From assembly GCA_051530055.1 (NCBI GenBank), contig CM121341.1, forward strand, positions 18,330,784 to 18,394,783: a DNA stretch of 64,000 nucleotides, written 5' to 3'. The stretch comes from Neoechinorhynchus agilis. Lineage: Eukaryota > Animalia > Acanthocephala. Under the pieces are notes generated by a model. It was not told where the DNA came from, searched no databases, and saw only the letters and a list, made by a program, of their open reading frames with translations. This document shows, in pieces, positions 1 through 9,959 of the stretch (its first letter is position 1; each line of letters opens with the position of its first letter). A program made the translations under genes and the position numbers.

Positions 1-23
1 CTGATCAAGAAATACCTACTGAT

Positions 24-834
24 TTGGAGTGTCCGGCAGTTGACATAAAAGAAGAAGCACCTAAACCTCTACGAAAACGAAAACCTGCCGATGATTCGCC
101 TCCAAAACCAGTAAAACGAAAGAGAAACAAGAAGAAGAAAAAGGAAACATTTTTTGACGACGAGGCTCAAATAATAGGACGCCAGCTCCAAGCAAAGTAC
201 GGTCCAAAGAAAAGAGACGATGCCAAGATTGCCGAATCTAGAGCGTGTTTCCTTTCGCAGGATCAATCTGGCAAATATTGCCTTCATGTTCCAACGTTCG
301 TATCACAAAGAGTGACAAGAAAGGCGAAAATAGGCCAGGCTGAGACTTTGCTTCGATGTCCTCGGACTAACGGTTCGACCTGCCCTTCCATGGGTACCAA
401 ATGCTGTCTTTGCAATAGGAGAGATACTACTTCTGGTTTATATGACAATCTATACGGTCCATATGTGGCACCCAAATCGATCATTCCACTCATTGCACCT
501 GGAAATATTTGTGAACACAATAAAAATCTGAATTTCAACGAGGTTCTTATTTTTCATCGAGATTCTGATTGATAAGATTTGGTTCCACGAAATGTGCGTT
601 GGTGGTACTAAACGGCTCAGAATTGAAAGACGTCGTTTGCGAGGATTAGAAAAGGCGTTGTTGAAGGCGAGTGAGTGTCAATGCGAATTGTGTGGAGAAA
701 AAATGGCTTCGATTGATTGCACTGCTTGTGGTCGAATGTTCCACTTCCCATGCGCATTACAAGACCGAGGAGAGTTTCTAGAAAGAAATATGTACTTTTC
801 ATGCCGAAAATGCCTTGATAGTAACAATCAGTGA
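24..834 (+). CDS. TCF20/RAI1-like extended PHD (ePHD) chromatin protein, 3' part (exons ~24-542 and 577-834; 5' end outside window)
   Basis: Basic NLS-rich region, then CCLC...LYGPY. A 34-nt GT-AG intron at 543-576 joins NE|IWFHEMC to ...CELCGEKMASIDCTACGRMFHFPCA...CRKC, matching the TCF20/RAI1 ePHD layout. Confidence 0.75.
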
Positions 835-1399
835 GCTGTGAGTTGTAAGGCGATAACTTTGTTAGAATTATATCAATAATAAACACAAATAGCTTAAGCG
901 GATTTTGTTAGGGATATTGGGAGCATAAAATCACGTTCAATCGATAAGAAATATAATCTCTCGCTGTATACGTGACGAAACTGAACAAAGATATGATTTT
1001 TAATGCGAGCTTAAACAATGAACATTCTGAATTGAAGATAGCCTTAAATTTTCGAACAGGCGAGCACGAAAGTGAACTTTGATTCGGAAAACAAAGGTGA
1101 AAAAATTATATTACCTTATATGTAGGAACAAAGATTTCTTAACGTTTATATGTGCAGTACTTTAAAATGGTACTGCATTTTGAAAATTTAAGAAAATTAA
1201 AAAATTCATAGAAGTTCATTGTATCTGTAAGCTAGTAGATAATATTAATTTATTTTCTTAGACAGAGACGAAAATAACGTTTGTACAGTTTATTATTGGA
1301 AATCCTCTAAATTCACAGTGGCTGATAAAATTTTCCCGATTTTTCAATATAGACATATCATTTTTTGAAGTCCCTCGTTGCACACCCAGACTTATGTTT

Positions 1400-3350
1400 T
1401 GCAGGAGGAATGCTTGCGATTTCGTAAGATTAGTCGTTAATAAACAGGTCGGTCGGATAGGAATACTGGTAAAAGTAGAACGGTCAAGAGACTTGTTAAG
1501 GACACAGATGAGTAAAATGCTGGGATTTCTATTTCTGTTGCGCGTAGAACATCAAAATCTCCCAAGTGAACTGAAAGCGAGGCTTGATGCCACGCCGGGT
1601 AGGAAAAATTAACATTTATGATACCGGTAATTATGCGACGGATGTCTTCTTCGAACATGGTAAGGGTTTCCCTTTGGAAGCACGGTACACAGGGAAAAAG
1701 GAAATTCACTTTCGGCAGGTCGAAGAATTAAGGAGGCGCCGTGTTTCGCTAATTTTAGCAGCTTCTGCGCTACTTCGCTGAGTTGATTTACTGCCGAGTT
1801 TACTTATGAAGGTTGGATTTGCTGCAGAAAGGTGCACCGAGCAGATTTGCCTAGAGCAAGTCGCTATTTCTCGTTTCTGAGATAACATCGATGAGAGGAT
1901 GTATTGTTGAAGCTTCTTTTGCGATAATCTCGCATTTTTCGGACCTTAGAAGCAATCACAATAAGGCACCTTTTTCACGAATTAGCTCTATGTCGTTGGC
2001 AAGGGCAGCGATAGGTCATCCTATGCTGCAGTTGTCTAGCTACCAAATAACCAGCGACGACGAAAGGCTGTGGCTTAGCTCATTGACATTAAGTGCAAAC
2101 AGAAGAAGGCCTAGTTATTTCGAGAGACTATCACATTGTCGCTAAATATCAAGTCGCTATCTTTGTCGTAATACATTGCGGCGAATGGTACTAAGCCCAG
2201 GAACTCCTTTTCAATCCAACTGATGGAATTGAGGGCATTCGCGAAGTATAGATTGAATATGGCAAGGCCATGTTCGGCAAAACACTTTGCTTGTCCAAGA
2301 GCACCACCATCGAGTTAAAAATGGTAGGAGCTTGTCGATCAGCCAAGGAGATGCGAGTTTGCAGGCAATCTTGGCAGATAATCGGCGGAAAGTACAACCA
2401 ATTGCTATGGGGCCTTAATCTGCTGTATTTTTTGCTAAACTCGATCAAATTCGCTCTGCAAATGATGGGTAATATCGACGGCGCAGTTTTACAGCTGATT
2501 AACGCGCGAGTAAGCTGGCCAAGTGATTTTATCAAACAGCTCCAAGCTGTACCACTCGACGTGACACTAAAGTCTCGAAGACGGGGGCCGATAGTATTGC
2601 AGATTCCGAATTGTAGGATCGGAAGCCAGCGACCGTTGATGAGCATCCGTGACTTGGCCGGATGGTCACAGGCCCTCTTTTGGGTTGAATATCTAGGACC
2701 ATTTCGATAATTCGCTGGTCACGAGAAAGATGCCTATCATTTGATGCAAGCACTTGAACGTTACCTGGTATATTATCGTCCTCTTTTCTTTATTCTGCAT
2801 TTTAGTGTCTCCGTCTTCCGGCCGCTTACTTCGAGGACTTGAATCAGACAATTTACAGATTGCAGCCTTAAGCGTAAAACCTAAAGAGGTTGTAGGTTGG
2901 AAACGCGGAGTGGGCAATTCCGTTTTAGCGAAATCGTTAACCGCATCCATGAAGTATCCGAGTTTCGCCGCTATCTTAGATCTCGCTGATCGAGGGATTC
3001 GTCGAATTAAGCGAGCGTTTTGTGCTAGGATGTGCGGTAATACAGCCACATCTTCCTTGATTGGATTGGCTGTTGGTGCAATATTTTATTCTAGACACAC
3101 CTCATTGCTCACAGGAAGGGTCTTCGAAGGTGGCTTCTCTGAGCCGGTACATAATGATCCTTGACCGTGGCGAGGTTCGACTCGACTGGTTCAAAATTAC
3201 GTAAGCGTACGGCGCACCCGCATCTCAGTTGGCTGCTGTTTCATGACCATTGGTTGTCCCACTGTTTTCGAAAGGAACACGGGCGCGCCGGCTGCGGCGG
3301 TGATCCTCATTTATGCTCGAAGAAAGATCTGCACAGATCAAATAACATGC
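1400..3350 (-). mobile_element. Degenerate CRE-like (REL-class) non-LTR retrotransposon
   Basis: Minus-strand frames with stops and frameshifts give LIRRIPRSAR, LRPIAIGCTFRRLSAK, YFANALNSIS, LGLLLFALNV...IW*LDNCSIG and WHQASLSVHLG. These are colinear with RT motifs of the CRE-like copies at 26.3-28.2 kb and 33.1-34.6 kb. Confidence 0.8.
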
Positions 3351-3479
3351 ATTAAAAATGCTACAACATATTTTCAACTTGAAAATCATGCAGATATGGA
3401 CGTAATAATAAATTTAAGTCAAGCATCCTTAGTCCAACTCATTCACATACACGCAAAATCAATTTATATAATTTAGTCG

Positions 3480-3630
3480 CTTCATAAGGAAATATTTCGT
3501 AGCAATAACATACGTTTTAACCGGGGTGCGGAAAAACACTTACAATGACTGATGAAGCCAGGCTTCCTCGCGAAATATTTCTTAACAATAAAATACGTTT
3601 AAACCGGGAATATATTCACCACAATTTTAA
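3480..3630 (+). repeat. PLE pLTR-like fragment with degenerate minimal hammerhead, partial direct-tandem arrangement
   Basis: CTGATGA-A-GCCAGGCTTCCTCGC-GAAATATTTC. The downstream segment GAAATATTTC...ACCGGG also occurs just upstream. Related to 29465-29690 and 55393-55594. Confidence 0.6.
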
Positions 3631-4097
3631 CTCGATCATTCCGTAGGATTTTGCTTATACGAAAAATGAAATATTTTGGCTTTACCTTTTTGCGGAATGA
3701 AGCAATTTACTTGCTTATGGCACCTACCTAAGTTTTCTGTGAAACTTAATCGCTTCCTGTTTATATAGATTGTTCAATTCGAAAATTTTCGGCTATTTTT
3801 GAATGATTCTTAATTAAAATCATTTTAGCTGCCAATTTAAACTAATCTCATTATCGATCAACATAGTTATTTACCTTCTGCTTTTAAATTCGACAATGAT
3901 CTCTGTCCGACTAAGCGAGGAAAGGTGAGCATTGGGCATAGGATTAAAGAGATTGAAAATCCTGTATGATTGTGCAGTCAAAAAATTTAACTATCAATTT
4001 TAGCTAACTTTACTTGACGATCCTATCATCCACTAACATTGCACAACATTTCAAGTGCGTTTAATATACACTAACATACTTCTAATCAATTCGACGT

Positions 4098-6112
4098 TCA
4101 TTGCTCGTTTACGTAATTTGAGGTTTGTCCGATTTCACTCGCAGTAAATTCATCACAGCTATGCTGATTTCCATGAGTAATGCTCCCAGCACGGTCCGTT
4201 AATTGTGATTTATCAGTCTCAAGTCCGTCTTGCCAAGGAGACAAAAGCAATTCGCAGAGAAGTCGGAATTCATCTAAAATACCCGTTTTGGCACAATTCC
4301 TTAAAACATCATTCCATTGGGAAGCCACTATTCTCACATGAGAAATAAATAGGAATATCTTTGCATCATGATGAATTGCCACTTGGTATTGCTGATTTAG
4401 GGGCACAATTAAATTTCGAGTTGAAATGTACGATAGAGCATCAATAACGTTAGTTAAAAGGAAGTTCACACTTGCATCATTTTGTACACGGATGTCTGAA
4501 CTAAGCAAGCATAAGACCTTCATAATAACATAGTGTTCATATCGGAGGTTTATCCGAATCGTCCCGACAGGTAGTCATTAGTAATCGGAACGGTAGGGTT
4601 AGGGATCGTAGTGAGTCGATGAGCTGCTCAAGTGCGTTAACTGCCTCACGTACGTGCGCTGCATTGTTCTCCAGTAACCTTGATTCGTGTCTAAAGGTTT
4701 TCGATTTTATGGATAAAGCTGATAAGAGAAGTGGACCAACTAAAATCATTATCAACGATGACAAAAGTTAGACTTGTGATTTTTTGCACTCAGTTTTAGA
4801 TATTAACGCGTCCAGAACGAGCTTATCTAAACAATGGATGTGTCTCTCCGGATATCCTTTGAATGTTCTACTTTAAGCAGTGAATCAAAGATGGCACAAA
4901 ACTGATTTTGCTCGATTTTCTATGGATAGAAGAAACGAGTGACCAATGAAACCTTTTTAATGTCAGTATAAAAAGACCGTAAAGTTGTAAATTTCCAAGT
5001 TAAAAGACGCATGCTAAAAAGTAAAAGATCATTTTATAAGACTTACTCACCTTACTAAAATAAAGTTGTTTGCAAATCCTATCCCTCGAGTTTTAAGATA
5101 ACAAGATCTTGTCAAGCAGTTCATTATGGCAACTTCCATAAAACCAGAGGCGATCATTCGAGCACTGCACTTAAGATCGATCTTTTCGAATCCTATTCAA
5201 TCGAACATAAGAACGATTTTTATAGAATCGAATTTCCCACCTGGAATTCGTTTCGCCCAATTGATTATATGAACAATTTCTCGATCAAATACCTTGGCTA
5301 TTGACTTCAAAAGAGAAAGTCCCGTAAACTCAATTGGTTCTATGTCACTATAGTCAATGTCCAACATATGTTCAATGAATGCTTTTATTTCCTCCTCCTT
5401 GAGCTACGATTATGTCGTCTCAATCATTCTTACTTAAGAAATATGAAAACCTGAGCACGATTTAAGGTACAGTGAACTGCTTCAATACTCATAGAGTGCA
5501 GCAGACCACTGTTGTTCATCCCATATATTTTTTCTGGTACGCGCTGAACTTTTAAATTACCTTCTTCATTTTGAATTTGAGGTACCATTTTTTTCTTATA
5601 TCCACCTCTAGCTCGTTTTGTACCTTGGAAAGGGGAACTGATTAAGTACCATTCATTATCACTTTAAAAACAACTTACTTCCTTTCTTCATACCGGCGTC
5701 GTAACATGATCTCAAACGACAAGCTTGACAACTTTTTCGTCGGAATTTATCGATTGTGCATGTATTTGTAGCAGGACAAATATAAGAACAAGATCCTCAA
5801 AACATATTTTATTAGTATTAAATCACACTTTGAAAGTAGAACACCTTGGATACTTCGTTTGAAAAACGCTTTACATCCTTCGCAAGACCATACGCCATAG
5901 TGATACCCCGAGGCTACATCCTTACATACCGCACACCTATTTTTGTCTCGTAAATCTTTAAAATCTCGCTGTGAATATAGCACTTTTATTTTTATAGGTA
6001 TATACTAACCACTTGCATGTTCCGAGTGGAGATTGGTTGAAATATTGTTACTTGAAGGAGATGATTTATTTACTTGATGAGAGGTACAAAGGTTATTGTC
6101 TTCGTGTTCCAT
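4098..6112 (-). CDS. ESR: Estrogen receptor (NR3A) ortholog, multi-exon
   Basis: [34 protein letters not shown] | [30 protein letters not shown] (ER-type P-box CEGCKA). Hinge [28 protein letters not shown] | FEK...[39 protein letters not shown] and AF-2 LLCELL. Introns of about 48-55 nt. The exon structure at ~4560-5040 and ~5400-5500 is unresolved. Confidence 0.9.
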
Positions 6113-9100
6113 AGTATCTGAAATGGATATACTTAAAGGCTCAGCGAAAAGATATCTTTAGAGTAAAACTTTTTTAATGATCGAAAAATTGTCTTGAATA
6201 GTCAATTGAATAAAATATCTTAATTAACAGTTTTGACTCAAGATATTTCAAGGAAGGTCGTAACTGATTGAGTTAGTTCAAAATGCAGAATCAGATGCTT
6301 GACGTATATTCTTTGAAGGTAAATAAAATTTTGCTTACTACTGCTCACTCCAGTTGATTTTTTATGTCAGATTCACTGAGCAAACTTTTGAATAAGTCAG
6401 AGGTGTGCTTATTGTTTAAAAATGTCGTTGCCGGGGATCATTATTTCATTTGAATCAAATTCACATTTATATCTCCAGCATCAATGATACGGTGCCTCCA
6501 AACTACTTAAAATTGGAAATTGAGGTACCACATGGTCAATAGAAAAGTTAAACCTTTCGGCAACCGACAGATAAGTCTTTGGCCTGGAAACAAGTGAAAT
6601 GCCAATATTAGATGGCATCATATAATTTTAACAAACAGAAGCCAATGAGTGATTTTCCTGTACCGCACAAAACTTGCGATATCAGTAAAGTTGATTATAT
6701 GAGTCAATTAACGTTTTGTTGTAATTCATATGGTCAAAAATCATTGTTTTTCTACTTAATATAAAACTATTGCGAGCCATGTTCAAAGAACAACAGCATT
6801 AGTGACCCATTTCGCAAAATCTCAAACAACTCCAAAAATAATGATTCATTTTATCAAAATTATAGTGCACTCATAAACTGGAGTATAATATGGCTTATTT
6901 TGCTTGCAACATTTTAAAGTCAATCCTTAGAGTTTGCAAGAACGAATTCACTTTATTTTTGAAAGGAGATAATAAGTTGAAACACATGTTTGATTAATAT
7001 CTGCGATAATTTTAAAATTACTAAGACAAAAAATTTAAAATACTGAGGAATTTTTTGATCAATATAGACGAACACTTTATCTGGTCTTTTATTAGGAAGC
7101 TACCTCTTTAAATATATACACGTCAGATTTTTTTCGCGAAACGGAACACTGACTCCATTAATCTTTAGATAGTTCTGGATCATCGCTAGCTTATTTTAAC
7201 TCCAAAAACAAAAAAAAATCATTTTATTTTGATTTGCTTTTACTTTAAGACGGATATTGAGTGGTATTTAAGTAAATCTTAAAAGACCAACCTACTTTTT
7301 GTAAAAATAGTGACATTTAATTAAGGATTTTACGGACATGCTTTATATTTCGTAGACACCGCAACCATTATTCAACTTTCCGGCATTATTTGTTCGATTC
7401 AGGACCGACTCTTATAAAACTCGAACTTCCTATCTTTGGATGTGCAATAAATTATACCTTAATCAAGACGACTTTGAATTTTTAATTAGATAAGACCAGA
7501 ATTAAAACCCTTTTATATGAGAGAAAATTGAATTTAAATTTAAGAATATGTAGAAACCAGGTCGAATCCTCAGATCTTAACGAAAATATCATATTTCGGC
7601 TAAGGAGTACTTCGTCTTGATTTGGCGACCCGCATTTTTCTACTAGTTACCGTTCAACCCGAATTGGCGCACAAGTATTCCCGCCGTCTGCTCTTGCTTG
7701 ATATCGATCGCATAACAACCTCCCCCACTAAAAACGCGTCGAAAAGTATGCAGATTTTCTCATTCCTCCATTACTACGTGAGCATGTCAGAAGTGTGAGT
7801 GCAACCCGATCTCATAAAGATGCCATTTTGCTCTTTCACTCATGTAAAATAGTCTCTGTTATTCAGGCAGTGGCGTGCAGGAGCACGCTTATTGGCGACG
7901 TCTCGATTGTAGTAGCAACAATTGGAACACCAGGAGATAGCTAAGGGAAAATACCAGCACAAAGTGCGCCATCACCTATTGCCAGCAAAAGCATCACCTC
8001 GTTATGCGACTTCTGCCAGAATATCGGTTCATACTTTAACGCAATTCCATCAATTTGTGAGCTTCTGCTATCACAGTGACTTCGCCTACGCAAGGTTCTT
8101 TCCTTATGAATGTTGAAGGTACGAGTCTTCTATATGAAAAAGTATGACAGGTTAGAACGTACTTCTCTAAGCAATACACCATGAGCCACTGGGTGACTTG
8201 CGAACGCTATGAAGTCGGCACCTGTTGCCTCGAAAGTAGGACTACAAGGCAGATTTCTCGCCATTCAGGACGTACTGAGAGCTGAGTCATTGCTCTTCAA
8301 TTCGTCGCAAACTCACGAATTTCTTCACTAATCAACGATTCGCTTTAAAACTGCAAACCAGTATTTAATCAAGATGATCTATAAAGTAACCAGGGAGCGA
8401 CAGTGCATTGTTGAACTTTCGTAATTAGGGAAACGGATATCTGCTCTTTATTTGCTGAAAAGGTTGTCGAGTACTCGTAAAGCTTCAAAGCTTTTAGTAA
8501 TCATTCTCATCACACTAAACGGTGTACTTAAGTTATGATATGATCGTTTCTAGTAAATTTGTTTAACCGCTGAACATTATAAGCACAACGCACTATTTCT
8601 TTTGTGTTGAAGAATATTGAAGCAGGGCATGCGCTCATTGGTTGAATCTATAAGTTACCGATAATAGATTTCCTAGAAGCAAATAACAAGTGAACCGTTA
8701 TCGAAGTTGTCACTGTAATGCATACAAAAAATTGCTATTGTGCTTACAAACGGATCGAATGAATCGTATTCTGTGTGATGAGCAATTAGGCCAGTAAGAG
8801 TTTTCAATGCTCATCGATTGATATAAAATAAGAATTGAAATTAGTTATTATTATGAAACACGCTAAGGTCGTCATAACATCTCACCTTTCAAAAAGTTTG
8901 TCAATAATAATATTATGCATGATAGATTTTAAAGTAACACATGAGGACATGCTTTCCGAAAAGTGGACGCACTTATGATTTCTCAGTGTACAGTTCCATT
9001 TTCGAACGATTTCCACTTAAAGACCGGCAGGCAAACGGGAATTGGTCGTTGTGTTATAGCCCACGGAATAACAGAAGCTTGGACTCGCCACTTTTATTAT

Positions 9101-9436
9101 TCTCAAGAATCGCACGAACTCGTGAACCGCATAAATGTTTTTAGAACATCCCTTAATCGGTTTATTTTCCTTTTTAGGCTCAGAGAAGTAATACTCTGAT
9201 GCATACGGTAAGTAGTTTGTACGCATCCCTCCGGATTCTCAGATATCTCCACGAGGCGGGACTCATCGGTGGGTTTCCCCTTCCAAGATGGTAAAAACAA
9301 AAAGATGAGGAAGGAACGTTTTGCCCGTGGAAACATTCAAGAATGAACTGCACGAGTGAATTTATGCATTCCGTAGTTGTGCCGTGGTGTTCAAATGCGC
9401 GGTTGCCGATAGCGCAATGGGGGGGAAAGTGTCGTG

Positions 9437-9509
9437 CACCTCCGACGGGGATCGAACCCGCGACCTCTGGATTAGAAATCCAGCGCTCTATCCATTGAGC
9501 TACGGAGGC
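9437..9509 (-). tRNA. tRNA-Arg (anticodon TCT), intronless
   Basis: GCCTCCGTAGCTCAATGGATAGAGCGCTGGATTTCTAATCCAGAGGTCGCGGGTTCGATCCCCGTCGGAGGTG: 73 nt, 7-bp acceptor stem, D/anticodon/T arms, GGTTCGA B-box. Confidence 0.93.
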
Positions 9510-9684
9510 TGAAATCGTAGCTGAAAAATATATCAAATCCAAAATATATATGCAATGTTTTGACTATGACATTCAAGTATTTTAATCTACTACCATCTTA
9601 TTCAAACAATAACATAACTGGTCACAAACTCTAAAATATATTCCAATTTGAATGTTATTTGATCTAAATCGTTCAAATGTCGAT

Positions 9685-9945
9685 ATGTGAGGTACCGGGG
9701 AATGTTATTAGAATTATTGTTTTGGTCTACAGTGAAGTTAAAGATAAAATCCATGAATATGTGAACGTGGGGAAAAAAAATATATATCCAAGATGACTTT
9801 TATTGAAATATTTCGTCCAATCACGCTGGACTTCTTCAGTCAATTATTGCTTGTAAGTTTTTAAATAGGTCTACACCCGGTAAATGAGTATTTATTAAAG
9901 ACGTCTCGAACCTGATGATGAACCCTACGAGACACTCTAATTCGA
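9685..9945. repeat. Composite of PLE-terminus/fold-back fragments (family shared with 16789, 58187, 60100)
   Basis: GATATGTGAGGTACCGG...ATTAGAATTATTG, CACCCGGTAAAT...TTTATTAAAGACGTCTCGAACC and CTGATGATGAACCC all recur at 58.2-58.4 kb and 60.1-60.25 kb. Confidence 0.6.
9802..9844 (-). ncRNA. Minimal type I hammerhead ribozyme (PLE-type), apparently intact
   Basis: ATTGA-CTGAAGA-A-GTCCA-GCGTGAT-TGGAC-GAAA-TAT-T-TCAAT: 5-bp stem I, 5-bp stem II, palindromic ATAT stem III, AUU triplet. Confidence 0.7.
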
Positions 9946-9959
9946 CTTTTAATCAACAA

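Noticed and set aside
539-558. 20-nt identity ACGAGGTTCTTATTTTTCAT with ~15119-15138
   Set aside because: Short and AT-rich. It is intronic at one site and coding (PLAT) at the other, with no flanking similarity, so it is treated as chance.
6230-6540. Short plus-strand exon-like segments with GT/AG boundaries upstream of the ER gene
   Set aside because: No recognisable protein motif, and I could not build a stop-free spliced frame.
7860-8330. Possible serine/threonine dehydratase-like fragment on the minus strand (LLLAIGDGALCAG...VPIVAT)
   Set aside because: A single weak motif interrupted by stops; not enough to call.
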